A stretch of 64,000 nucleotides of DNA from positions 43,028,001 to 43,092,000 of the forward strand of contig OZ024746.1 of the NCBI GenBank assembly GCA_964016885.1. The letters are read 5' to 3'. A model generated the notes under the pieces. It did no database searches. It was not told the DNA's origin and worked only from the letters and a program-made list of their open reading frames with translations. Position 1 is the first letter of the stretch. Each line of letters opens with the position of its first letter. Shown here piece after piece: positions 1 through 13,059 of the stretch. Source of the DNA: Eledone cirrhosa (taxonomy: Eukaryota). Both the position numbers and the translations under genes were made by a program.

Positions 1-597
1 ATCTCTTTCAACACCTCTTTTCAAATCACCCCCTATTCAAATCATTATAAATTTTAATTGAAAGGAGATGAAAACTAATTTTTGGAAGAAACTCCAGTAT
101 ACTGAAGCAATATTTAGAAACTCTCTTAATCTTATTATAAAACTAGATAGTTAAGGTTATATAACAGCGTAAAATATGAAATCCCAGGAAACAGATTGTC
201 TGCATTGGCAATAATTAGTCTATATTGAAGTTCAAAGAATAGTTAAGTAAGGTCAAGTCTCCAATCTGATAAAACAATCTTCTCTCCCACCCACAAATAT
301 TAGAGGACCTGAAAGGTGTCATAAGTACTCTCAAACTAAAGCAGTAAAAGAAGTAAAGAGTGAATCAAATGTTTTGGGTCATTTTCATTTGCCTGAGAGC
401 AAAAAAGATTATGTTTTTGCTTTGATTATGTGCAAAAAATTAAAATAGACAATAGCTCATTTTCTTTTCATCACTCTCAGATGGGGCAATGGCATGAAAC
501 ATAATTAAATTTGTCTCACCATACAGCCATTGACTTCCTCTCCAAACAATCCCAAAGGTATATACTACTATATATATTAAGTGTGACACTAAATGGT

Positions 598-860
598 TGC
601 TTCTTCTTTGCTCACTTATTCCTGAGAGGGTTGTGGAGGCAGGGTCCTCAAACACTCCTTCCAGTGGGTCCTGTTAGAAGTTACCATCTCCAACTGATCT
701 GACTGGATCCCCAAACATGACCAGCCAAGCTCATGGATGTTATCCAACCACCTTGATCAGGTTTGCTATAAATATGATTCTAATCGATTACAATAGAACT
801 AATGAACTAGCAGCTTAATCAGCACTTACCTATGTTCAGATAATAAAAATGACCAGTATT
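598..860 (-). mobile_element. RTE-c 3' end with an inverted internal piece
   Basis: 600-755 matches the reverse complement of 19840-19950. 817-857 matches 7458-7500 in the opposite orientation. Confidence 0.7.
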
Positions 861-945
861 AGTATGAAGAAGTTAAGTATAAATCCCTTAAAATGTTATG
901 GCTGATCAATGTTGAGTGTAGTATACCTAGTTTTCTGTGATAAGT

Positions 946-949
<4 letters not shown>

Positions 950-1032
<83 letters not shown>
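950..1032. repeat. (GA)n microsatellite
   Basis: Direct reading. Confidence 0.98.
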
Positions 1033-2210
1033 CTAGTATGACGATTAATATTTCAGGTGACAATGAAAATATAAATCAGGATGCATTAAATTAACAATGT
1101 GTGCCAGAAATATCACATTAATATCTATCAGGCTTGACATTTAATTAATAATTTTTAATGTCTTAGATTTTGTCACACACATATAAATTGTGTTTTACAA
1201 CAATACTAATCTATTGTTATAAAATCATTTAAAGTTAAAAATAACACTCAAATTAATACTTTGTTTTATATAATTAATTATTTCTATTTAATGCAATAAA
1301 TAGAGTCAACTGTCTGACCTTTATTAATCAGATATATCAATCACTAGGAGAACAGACATATTAATAAAAGAAAAATCACTGATTTCTTATATATGCATAA
1401 GGTCATAAATTTATTAAAATGGGACAGTCAATTGAATCTACCTTAGTATGTAATTGGTATTAATTTTATCAGCTACTGAATCAAAGAGAAAGTTAAATAT
1501 GGTGGGGGCTTTAAAATAGCTCTAAATGCTGCAAGATATTTAAACTAATTGATTTCTTATATTAGCACAAGACAGGGAGGATATATACGAAACCAATACC
1601 AGTATATATATGTCTATCTTTATCAGTCCTGGAGAGTAGGAAGGAAAAAGATCACTTTTGGTAGTAACTAAAACCGGAATGCATTTGGTACAGTACGTTA
1701 ATCTTTGTACTATTTTGCCTTTTGATGGTCTTTATAGATATAGAAAGGGTAACGAATGTAAACCCATTGTGAGCAAAATTAAAATACTTCCCTATTAATG
1801 AATTAACATGTAAAATATTATGTCTTTCAATAAGGTATTTTAGATGATTAAAAGAGTAGAAAAAATGAAATCTCTAGAATAGATTTAAGGCTCTAGACAG
1901 AATATTTTACTGCAATGTGATTAATTCTGATTAAGGATGTGGAAATAATTCTTTAAAAACTCATTTTCTTATTGCAAGAACTAGTAAAGTAAGTAGTGTT
2001 TAACTTAATTTTTAAATGGTTTAATCCAAAATAGCCTCAATTTTATTAATCCTATAATTCATAGGATGTAATGATATAATGCTAGAAAAAACAGCTGACT
2101 ATTGGAATGTTGTCTATACTATGTGACAACAAGCTGGTCCCAGAGAAACAAAATATAGCAACGTTTATTACTTTGCTAATACATTCATTGAAATAATAGC
2201 ACAATATAAA

Positions 2211-2399
2211 TAATTGTTTCTACTTTAGGCACAAGGCCAGCAATTACCCAGTGTATTACTGGTACTTTATTTTATCGACCCTGTAAGGATGAAAGGCAAA
2301 GTCAACCTCGGCGGGATTTGAACTCAGATCGTAAAGGGACGTAACTATGCTGGAAAGCATGGCGTCCGACCCTCTACCGATACTGCCAATCCACCGCCC
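2211..2399 (-). mobile_element. tRNA-derived SINE-A (Deu/Nin-like core), full length with TSD
   Basis: A box tggcagtatcgg, B box gagttcaaatccc, core gcctttcatccttac..ggtcgataaaataaagtaccag. Direct repeat tagcacaatataaataat at 2197-2214 and 2400-2417. Confidence 0.92.
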
Positions 2400-5300
2400 T
2401 AGCACAATATAAATAATAGAGTGTTATCTTTAATTTGTTAACATAAAGGATGATTGTTAATTGTAGTGAGAAAAGTTATAAACATTATGAAGATATAATA
2501 AAGAATAATCCAGTAATAAATCTGAATTGCATATTTTCCCTTTCAGTTTAGCACACATTGTATATGCACAATGATTGTTACATTGTTAGACATAATGTGT
2601 ACTATCTTTTTCTATTATATCACGAAAATACATTAACATATTTCCTTGGTGTATCATTGAAATAAGAAAAAATGAGCAACATAAATCAATTATAATCAAA
2701 ATTATACCTTATGCTTCAGTCAGTTTGATGCCATTTATATAAATTAACCTTTGACCTTGCTGACATTTCTTGAAAAAAACATACATAATTTGTTTTTAGA
2801 AGCCATGTTTCAAATGGGGAGAGGTGGTTTTGTCCACAATATTCGAAAACTTTGATGATAATGTAGAACATATATTGTTCAAGATTAAATAGATAACTGA
2901 TTTTTCAATGATATAAGGTAATAGAACTTAAACTTTATCATTTGATTTTTGTCTTTCTCTGTTCAGATTTGTATTTCAATTGATATAATGGAGTGACAAA
3001 TTCTCACTGAACTGAGTTTTCTATTTGAATTTGGTTCTTAGATAAAACTATTCCACATAAATGTTTTGGCAAAGCCAAAACATCATAATTTCCCATACAT
3101 GTTTCCTATAAATCCTAACATTTATGCCAATGTAAGAAAATATGTATTGAATTCAATATAACCAATTATTCAGTTTCAAAATAAACTTTCTTTTTTTAGT
3201 TTTATAGCTTATACCCATAGAATGTTTTGTGAATTTAGACATTTACATATAATCAAAGCAAGCATTTCTTTTACAATACATATACTTCCTTATACTGAGC
3301 ATTCATTAGTTAACTAAGAGTACAATCATTTGTCTGTTAAGCAAACTGACATAAATATATTGATGTGCATGCTTTTAACAGTACAATAACTGGAAGCTTA
3401 GTCACATGATCAGTGGTTAATTGTGTTAAGAAACTCTCAGAAGAGCTTGATAACAGAAAGCCTTGCGAGAAGAACCCCACCCCTTTATGCAAGTATTTTA
3501 GTTCTCTCATGATTCTAAATTGAACTTTCCGGTTGCATTTACATAGTTAAAAAGATAATTATTTCATGCAGTAGCCCATTTATCCTGTTTTTAAGTTATT
3601 TAAAATGATTCTAAAATTATGTGTCAGAAGAGCTAAACCCATATTTTGGCTAGGAATGTGTAGTTCATATGAAAAAATAGAGATTTGCTATGAAGAATAT
3701 TAGTTAAGGTGGAACTATTCATTTTATTAATTTAATAAGTTTAGCTACACATTATTGATGATTTGATTTGATAGTAAAAACGAAATAAAAAAGAAACAAA
3801 CAAAAGTGTCCTTATATTTCCAGTAATATGCTGTTGGGATAAACAGTTGCTTTCATCTAATTTGTAACTAGTATGCTTCTGTCTTAAGCAGGCATTAATT
3901 CTTTTTTAAAATTTTGACTGCTTTCTTATAAAACATCTGTAAAACATCTTTTGTCTCTATTCAAAATACCAAATAACCTTGACAACACATTTTCTTGATT
4001 AAAAACCAATACCTCTGTCTCTTAATTTACAATTAAATCAACTCAAGATGAATTCGACAGACCTCCTCAGGGCTTTTCTAAACCTAAAGTTGTCATTCCT
4101 ATCGTTACATTTTCCACTTGCATAATTTCTAAGATTATGTTTTCAATGAACATTAAGAAAGTCAATATTCTGGAATAATTCTCAGTTCTTCTGCTTCTGA
4201 ATTAATACTGTTATGTCTAAGTTTTTCAGTCTTTTATGATACTTGGATATTTATTCAAATAACAGCTTCCCCTAAATTCAGATATCTCTATGACAACAAT
4301 TCCATTATGTTAACAATAACTATAAATGTAATTGAAAAGTGACTTATTTCAATGAATCAACTAGAGTACATTTGCTTCTACTCTTTTACCATGCAATTTA
4401 TTTTTACTTAGTGATATAATTTTGGAACACTAGTCAATTAAGTTAAAAGTATTAAATATATTTCCAATTGAGATGCAGCACAAATGCAGAAGAGACTGTA
4501 GAATTCATATATGGTTTCTATGTTATTAAAATATTATTAATGATATTTAGTTAAAGATATATAAATTAAATAAGGAATAAACGTGGAACAAAATAAATTA
4601 CTTAATGTAATTTTAATGGACCAGCATGTTTATCAGTTTAGCATAAGTAAAAGAAATATTTTTGAATGTATTAAGAGAAAATATTTTTAAGGATTAAGAA
4701 TGTAAATTATGCATTTAGTTGAATTAAAAAGATATAATATATTTGAATAATCTATATTTCTCTTTTTCAAATTAGAGAACGTTTTTAACAATCTCTTAGT
4801 AAGAAATGCTAAAAGGCAAACTCTTATTTGAGAGAGACAAATGTTTCACACCTAAAAACATGATAGGTTTAGTTCCAACATCTCTGAAGTAATTAAACAT
4901 TTATTAACAATCATTACCTAAAGCAGTTTCCTTTTATTAATTACTAATATTGATTCTGATGCTCTGGTAACAATCTCTCATATACAAATCGTCTTAAGCT
5001 TATAAAGGTTAGTCATCAAGGTACTTTCTTATAGAATTCATTAGATTCAAAGAAATTAGCGGTGGTCTCTGTGTCAGCAAACATCCATTAACAAAATTGG
5101 AAGCTCTTTATCCAAAACATCAGAATTAATCTCTCATCACATTACATGGACATCTGTTGTTAATGTTATAATCTGTTTATCAATTTCAATGAAAAATAAC
5201 CAACAGTTTTATCACAAATTATCATATGCTGATTCAAGCCAAACTTTTAATTATTCCAGCTTATTAACGTATACTCATCTCATCTATTTTTTAAAACTAT

Positions 5301-6383
5301 GTTAGACATCCCCAGTCCTTTCATCTGGGCTGTTCAAAGACTATGATTAATGCTCTTTATTTTATATAGGTATTGTTAAGAATATATTTTCAGAATAGCA
5401 CCTGGTAAAATTCCCAAATGGTAAATAATATGAAAAACATAAAATTCTCTTAAATCCTTAAAAAAAAAGTTTTTGAAGTAATAGTAATATTTATTCACAG
5501 ATTAATTTGTTTAACCAGGAAAAAAAAAAGACGTATTAAAATGGAATGATATCTACACCAAAAGCAGTAAAATAATGAAATAAATGTTGATTGAACATTG
5601 GAGTTTATTACATAAAACAATTCTATTATCTGAGAAAGTATATGCTAAATTTGGTCTTCAGATATTTAAAGAAGCATATACTTGAATGACACTTTGATGG
5701 AAGTTTTTTGATAATGTGGTATGTATTGCTATTACAAATAGAAGAAATATTTTTGTCAAAAACATCTCATAAATACAAAGCCAAAATACATAAAAGTAGC
5801 AGTTTGCCATTTATTTTTTTCCTATAATAAAAAAAATTCATTTTGCATGCAAATATAATTCTAAAATAGTTGTAAATGATTTGTATCTAAGAAATTATGT
5901 TTCAATACCAAGTTACTAAAAGAGAATTTGAGAAATTAAAATTTGTATTAAAAACTACTTTTCAGATGCAATGCGTTTCATTTTGACTCCTATAAACTGG
6001 AATACATTGCAGAGAATAACAACAAAGGTTTTTCTATCCTTGCATGAGGTTTACATGTAAACTAAAATCAAATTCTCTATAATAATTTAAAACAATAAAT
6101 AAACAATTGCTTTTTTTAGATGTGAATATTTAGATTTTTTATGGAGCAATGATTGTAAAGATGATATAAAATTATAACAAATTACAATAAATAACAAACA
6201 TCAACGATGTCAATTTTTTAATAAAAATTATAGTCTTATATGCATACAAGTATAGATGTATCATAATGTATGTCAGTCAAATTTTTACCCATTCTCAATC
6301 ACATTATGGATAAATGTTTATCTGAAATGTTTACAAATATTTATAATAAATATATATATATTAAAAATATTTTATTATATATA

Positions 6384-6928
6384 CTAGCAGAAAAACCACC
6401 CTTCGGGTGGTTTTCTGCTAGCATGTGTAGTGTGTATATTGATATTAAACGCAAGTATATATGCATGTAGATATGATACATCAAATAAAATCGTAATTGA
6501 CAATATACACAGAAATTAAACGAAAACTGTGTTACACTCTCTTATGTAATCAGTAAAGTAATCCATGATACATTAAAAAAGACGATATTATATATCTGCT
6601 CGTATGTATATTGATATTATACGCATGTATATATCCATGTAGATATGATCAAATAAAATCGTAATTGACAATATATAATACATAGAAAGTGAATGTTACA
6701 CTATCTTAAGTAATCAGTAACATATTCCATGATACATTAAAAAAAGACGATATGATATATAAACTGCATTAGGAGAAAATTAGTGACAGAATATTTGAAT
6801 GTTTATTTAAACGATCACTAACCGGAAGTGTTGACATTTGAAAATTTTAAAGAATTGAATCTTTAAATAAGTAATAAAATATATTTAATGAACAGCCACG
6901 AAATTTAGTGGATAAATTATATAATATT
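6384..6928 (-). mobile_element. Non-autonomous Helitron-like element with internal tandem repeat
   Basis: Minus-strand end ccacccgaagggtgg-tttttctg-CTAG|T (GC hairpin then CTRR then T). Two units of about 165 bp at 6432-6596 and 6603-6760. The 5' TC terminus is not clearly preserved. Confidence 0.65.
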
Positions 6929-6949
6929 CATTCATTATTTATTCAAAAT

Positions 6950-7142
6950 GGTGGTGGATTGGCAGTATCGGTAGAGGGTCGAACGCCATGCTTTGACGCA
7001 TAGAGTTACGGCCCTTGCCATTCTGAGTTCAAATCCCGCCGAGGTTAACTTTGCCTTTCATCCTTACGGGGTCGATAAAATAAAGTACCAGTAATGCACT
7101 GGAATAATTGCTGGCCTTGTGCCAAAAGTAGAAACAATTATT
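6950..7142 (+). mobile_element. SINE-A, full length (subtype 2)
   Basis: Same A/B boxes and core as 2211-2399. Confidence 0.92.
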
Positions 7143-7189
7143 TGACAAGTACCAAGCAGGGTTCCAATTGGTGAAGAAAATAAAACTTT

Positions 7190-7525
7190 ATTTGCCAAGC
7201 TCATGGATGTTAGCCATCTTTCTCTGGGTCTCCTGCTGGTTGGTTTTTCCCCCAAAATCTGTCCAGTGATTCTTTCCTGGGACATTCTAATCACATGACC
7301 ATAGTATCAAAGCTGTGATCTCACAATTCAGAAAAGTAGCAGCGCCACCTGGAGTGACTCTCTGACCTCCGAGCTATGCACTTTATTGAGTAACATTACT
7401 CCAAAGACTCTTCAGAGGAATCCCATTTTGGCTGCTAGTATCTATTATCATATTCTTCTGGTCATTACCCAAGATTTATGAACATAGGTAAGGGTTGGTA
7501 CAAAAACCGAATTGAAAACACTGGC
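7190..7525 (-). mobile_element. RTE/Expander-like LINE fragment (family RTE-c)
   Basis: Minus strand reads SVFVPTLTYVHKSWVMT...AAKMGFL.RV...SQL.YYGHVIRMSQER...RRPRERWL, with stops. Confidence 0.8.
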
Positions 7526-7961
7526 TTTTACACCTTCCTTGCTTCCTTCTGATTACTGAATGCTGAAGCATTCACATATTTATAAAAATATTCCACAATT
7601 ACATAAATACTGAGAACGTATTAAAATGCTTATTATGACATAACACTGCTTGCTCCAATTTGCCTTATTAAAACAAAATGTACATTCAAATTATACTTTC
7701 CTACTCAAAATAAATTAACACACCTATGCAATCCAAAAAAAGAGGTTGTAAAGCACAGCATATATATAATTAGTTCTGAGGAAGATGATGATGGAATTCA
7801 AATATCAAGACTAGAAATATGTGGTCACATAACCTCTATTAATTTATCAATATATCAGTTTATTATGATCGATCAACTCTCAGAAATCATTGTAAACATT
7901 TGAACTAATTAAGAAACTGTCTTTGCCTTTTGTTTTTATTTCATTCTTCAAAACATATATA

Positions 7962-7993
<32 letters not shown>

Positions 7994-8027
7994 GAGAGAG
8001 AAACCAGTTGGCATTGTGGTTGAGTTC

Positions 8028-8125
<98 letters not shown>

Positions 8126-8127
8126 AT

Positions 8128-8510
8128 ATCATCATCATTTTTATGTCTGATTCTCCATGCTTGCATGGTTTGGGCAGGTCCTTCTCATCACAGCATCTCT
8201 TCACTCATCACGTTCCTTTATCTCCTCTGCCAATCTTAGAGATTTGAGGTCAGCTTCGCAATATCTGCCTTGTCCTTTCTTAGACTTTCACTACTGTGGC
8301 ATCCTTCCACTGGGATTTCCTGGCATTTCTTCACCCAGCAGTTATTTTCTATAAGACTACTGTGTCTATCCTGACAGTCTTCACTCCTTTGCATCACCCA
8401 GCTTTTCCCTCAGTCCATCCAAACTCTGCTTTTCTCTCACACTTACATTGCACATCCAACGCAGCATGGCTGATTCATTTCTCTCCAGTCTACAGAGGGC
8501 TAAGAACTGC
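8128..8510 (-). mobile_element. Degenerate RTE LINE 3' fragment
   Basis: Reverse complement resembles the 3' end of the 9809 ORF (LERNE..M, KTR) and ends in ccatgcaagcatggagaatcagacataaaaatgatgatg. Confidence 0.75.
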
Positions 8511-8563
8511 ATGATTTACTATTGCTATAATTATTTATGTTAGGACAACATTTCATATAGAAA

Positions 8564-9211
<648 letters not shown>

Positions 9212-11545
9212 GGAAAGAGATGGAATGAGACATATAGGAAGGTGTGGAGAAGAAAGGTCTGGAAGCTAAAAGACCTTTCACTAAAATTCAAATTTAGGAA
9301 AGCCCTTCAAGATGTTTATGACGAAAAAGAAGACGATTTAGAGACGTATGACATAGATAATAACTGGAAGTGCTTACGTGACAACTTGCTGAAGGCTACT
9401 GATGAAACCTGTGGCTGGAGCAGAGCTCCAACCAGACAGAGAGTGACCTGGTGGTGGAACAGCAGTGTAGATAAGGCTATTAGAGACAAAAGACTAGCAT
9501 GGAAGGCTTGGAAAAAAGGGTGGGAGTAGGGAAGAATATACAGCCACTAAGAGAGAAGCTAGACGTCGGGTGTACTTAGCACGCAGGGAGGCAGAGAGTA
9601 GGAGGTTTGCCAATGTTCTGCGACGGGAAGATCAGAGGCGTGCGGTGTTCCACATTGCAAGGCAGTGTGTCAATGCAAATCAGGATGTTGTTGGTGATAA
9701 ATGTGTCCGGGATGATGCCGGTGTACTTAGTGTCACGAATGACCAGAAAAAGGAGGCCTGGAAATGTCATTATGAGAGACTGATGAATGGGAGAGAGAGA
9801 AATTACCCTTGGTAGATCCGACAGAGGGACCAGCTATTGAGATTGACGAATATAGGGTCCAAGAGGCGATTAGGGAAATGAAAAATGGTAAGGCGGCCGG
9901 ACCATCGGGAATAGTTGCTAAGATGCTGAAGGCATCAGGGGACGTAGGCACTAAACTGGTTGCACGCATAATCAATCAGGCTATATATGGTGGTGTCATA
10001 CCCAAAGACTGGTGCAGCAGTATTCTCATAAATTGCTACAAAGGTAAAGGGGATGCTTTGGAGAGGAGCAATTATAGGGGTATAAAACTGATAGATCAGG
10101 TTATGAAAGTGGCAGAAAGGATTTTAGCACAACTAATTAGAGAAAGGGTCAAACTAGATGAGATGCAGTTTGGTTTTGTGCCTGGGAAGAGTACAACAGA
10201 TGCCCTCTTCTTGGTGAGACAAATGCAAGAGAGGTTCTTAGAGAAGAATAAGCCACTATACTTAGCCTTTGTTGACCTAGAGAAGGCCTTTGATAGGGTA
10301 CCCCGATCTGTCATCTGGTGGTCCCTAAGGAAGCTGGGTGTTGAGGAATGGCTTGTAAGGACAGTGCAAACTTTGTACAGAGGTACTCTCAGTAAAGTCA
10401 GGGTAGGAATGGAGTTTAGTGAGGAATTCCAGATACAAGTAGGAGTACATCAGGGTTCGGTCCTCAGCCCGCTCTTGTTCATTATAGTCCTCCAAGCCAT
10501 AACAGAGGAGTTTAAGACTGGCTGTCCATGGGAACTTTTCTATGCTGACGATCTGGCTCTTATGGCAGAATCAGTAGAGGAGCTAGAGAATAAATTCCGG
10601 CTATGGAAACAGCAGTTGGAAGCAAGAGGACTGAGAGTAAATCTAGCTAAGACAAAAGTGTTGATGAGTAGAAAAGAGGACAAAACCCTGATTCCATCAG
10701 GGAAATGGCCATGTTCGATATGCAGAAAAGGAACTGGCATAAATTCTATAAAATGCACACAATGTAGGTCCTGGGTACACAAGAGATGTAGCAGGATAGC
10801 AGGCAAACTAACAGGTAGGGAGAAATATGTATGCAGTAGATGTACAGGGAAATTAGACAGTAGAAGTCGCACTGATAGACACATTTTTCAAATGCGAGAG
10901 GGCGCTATAGAAGTGGTGGATAGCTTCCGGTACCTAGGAGATCAGATTAGCATGGGAGGAGGGTGTTCCGAGGCCATAGTATCTAGAATAAGGACGGGTT
11001 GGAAGAAGTTTAGGGAGCTGCTTCCTCTGTTGACGAAGAAGGGTTTCTCCCTGCGTACGAAAGGCCGGTTGTATGATGCCTGTGTGAGGAGCGCGATGCT
11101 GCATGGTAGTGAGACATGGGCAGCAACCGCAGAAGATATGCGACGGCTGGAGAGAAATGAGGCAAGCATGCTCCGTTGGATGTGCAGTGTAAATGTGCGT
11201 GAACGACCCAGCATGAATGTGTTGAGAGAGAAACTGTGTCTGAGAGGGATAGAATGTAGTGTACGGGAGAGGAGACTGAGGTGGTATGGACATGTGATGC
11301 GCATGGAGGATGACCGATGGGTGAAGAAGTGCCAGGAAATGCCAGTTGAAGGAAGACGTGGTAGAGGTAGACCACGAAAAACATGGGCGGAGGTGGTGAG
11401 AACAGACCTCAGATCATTGAAGCTCACGGTGGAGATGACGAGGGACCGTGACGAGTGGAGAGATGCTGTGCTGAATAAGACCCGTCCCACCCTTGCAAGC
11501 AGGGAAAAGCGGACGTAAAATGATGATGATGATGATGATGATGAT
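9212..11545 (+). mobile_element. RTE-clade LINE (family RTE-a), 5'-truncated, lacks endonuclease, (TGA)n tail
   Basis: Linker peptides (TWWWNSSV, AWKCHYERLMN) lie in ORFs 9242-9529 and 9570-9815, joined to the RT ORF by two compensating frameshifts (about 9520 and 9790). Ends in cccgtcc...ggacgtaaaa(tga)n and is embedded in (TA)n on both sides. Confidence 0.95.
9809..11518 (+). CDS. Non-LTR reverse transcriptase (RTE clade) with internal PHD-like finger; remnant of a longer ORF
   Basis: Motifs KAAGPSG, NYRGIKL, QFGF, FVDLEKAFDRVPR, GVHQGSVLSPLLF, YADD (10541-10552), FRYLG, RRLRWYGHVMRM, GRPRKTW. The start is not a true initiation codon. Confidence 0.93.
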   Translation: MVDPTEGPAIEIDEYRVQEAIREMKNGKAAGPSGIVAKMLKASGDVGTKLVARIINQAIYGGVIPKDWCSSILINCYKGKGDALERSNYRGIKLIDQVMKVAERILAQLIRERVKLDEMQFGFVPGKSTTDALFLVRQMQERFLEKNKPLYLAFVDLEKAFDRVPRSVIWWSLRKLGVEEWLVRTVQTLYRGTLSKVRVGMEFSEEFQIQVGVHQGSVLSPLLFIIVLQAITEEFKTGCPWELFYADDLALMAESVEELENKFRLWKQQLEARGLRVNLAKTKVLMSRKEDKTLIPSGKWPCSICRKGTGINSIKCTQCRSWVHKRCSRIAGKLTGREKYVCSRCTGKLDSRSRTDRHIFQMREGAIEVVDSFRYLGDQISMGGGCSEAIVSRIRTGWKKFRELLPLLTKKGFSLRTKGRLYDACVRSAMLHGSETWAATAEDMRRLERNEASMLRWMCSVNVRERPSMNVLREKLCLRGIECSVRERRLRWYGHVMRMEDDRWVKKCQEMPVEGRRGRGRPRKTWAEVVRTDLRSLKLTVEMTRDRDEWRDAVLNKTRPTLASREKRT

Positions 11546-11780
11546 ATACATATATATATATATATATATACATATTGTTATACTTGGGGAGGGTCATATT
11601 ATTGTAATAATATTGCCAGAAATAATAACGGAACACACAGTTTGGTTGGTTTTCGCTTCTGTATCTTTTATATCTCCATAGTTAGTTTATTCGGTCATCA
11701 ATGGCCGTTTTCTACAGCTGAGAAAACTGGAGCAATGTATATATATATATATATGAATATATATATATACATATATATGT

Positions 11781-12125
11781 GGAAGCACATGGCTTAGTGG
11801 TTAGAGCATTGGCCTTGCAATCGAAAGGTTGTGAGTTCAATTCTCAGACCGGGTGATGTGTTGTTTCCTTGAGCAAGACACTTTATTTCACATTGCTCCA
11901 GTTTACTCAGCTGTAGAAATGAGATGATAGGGACTGGGGTCCCTATCAGTCCACTGCAAAGTGGTCGTGGAGGTGCCACGGCAAAAAAGCACCCAGCACT
12001 CACTGTAAATGAGGTTGGTGTTAGGAAGGGCATCCAACTGTAGAAATCAAGCCAGAATCAGTTCCCGTCCCACCCTTGCAAGCAGGGAAAAGTGGACATA
12101 AAATGAAATCATGATGAATGATGAT
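11781..12125 (+). mobile_element. SINE-B: tRNA head + CORE-like domain + RTE-derived body + RTE-a tail
   Basis: A box tggcttagtgg, B box gagttcaattc, CORE-like ccttgagcaagacact...cagtttactcagctgtagaaatg. The last about 40 nt nearly match LINE 11481-11523. Confidence 0.92.
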
Positions 12126-12699
12126 ATATATATACACTCGTTCTCTCTGTTTCTCTTACTTTCTTTCGTCCCCTCTGCCATGTCAGTTAACACTCTCACT
12201 CACTCAGTCCCTGTTTCTCCTCTTCTTTCTTCCTCCCGTTCGCTGTGAAAACGGTTCTCCTTCTTTCTAACACCAAATTCACTAGCGAAAGGTCTGTTTC
12301 TGACTCGCTCATATTTTCACACAGCTTATGCTGAAAGAATAACTATGTTGCTTGTGTTTATTTCCATCTTCGGTTAGCTTCCCCCTGTGTTGTTTACTTG
12401 TCTCACTCGCTTTACGCGTTTCTATTGTCCTAATAACTTATTTTAGTTATTATCGCTCCAACGTGAGGTATATGATTTTTAATGCAATGAAATCCCCATG
12501 ATCGTTTGGTAAATCACTGATGAGGGACTCATTTTATAACATGTTATCCATGTGCAACCAGCAGTATTCTTCTCACCCATATTTTCATATATATATATAT
12601 ATATATCCATTTATATACATATATATTTGACGTTATAGTCACTTATATATTATGAAATACTGTTAGGCTTTTTGCTCATATTAATTTCTATATTTTTAT

Positions 12700-12799
12700 T
12701 TATATATATATATACATATATACGTACATATATACATATATATATATATACACATATATTCATACATATATACATATATAAATACATATATATATACAC

Positions 12800-12838
<39 letters not shown>

Positions 12839-12963
12839 CATATATACATACATATATACATATATACATAAACACATATATATATACATATACATACATA
12901 TATACACATATATATATACATCTATATATACATATACATACATATATACACATATATATATAC

Positions 12964-13012
<49 letters not shown>

Positions 13013-13059
13013 TACATACATATATACATACATATATATACATATATATACATACATAT
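12700..13059. repeat. Compound (TA/CATA)n microsatellite
   Basis: Direct reading. Confidence 0.98.

Noticed and set aside
822-835. Strong minus-strand splice donor CATAG|GTAAGT
   Set aside because: It is part of an RTE-c fragment; the same sequence occurs at about 7484-7492.
6432-6760. CRISPR-like or prokaryotic system from repeated units
   Set aside because: Eukaryotic context, with no repeat-spacer periodicity and no cas-like ORFs anywhere in the window.
10096-11490. Antisense ORFs over the RT (also 31978-32544)
   Set aside because: Shadow frames of GC-richer coding sequence with no motifs.
11781-11855. tRNA genes at SINE heads
   Set aside because: A and B boxes are present, but I see no complete cloverleaf and the sequence runs on into SINE bodies.
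11925-11950. tgatagggac-tggg-gtccctatca palindrome resembling a tet operator half-site
   Set aside because: It is an internal SINE-B hairpin present in other copies; the tetO similarity is coincidental.
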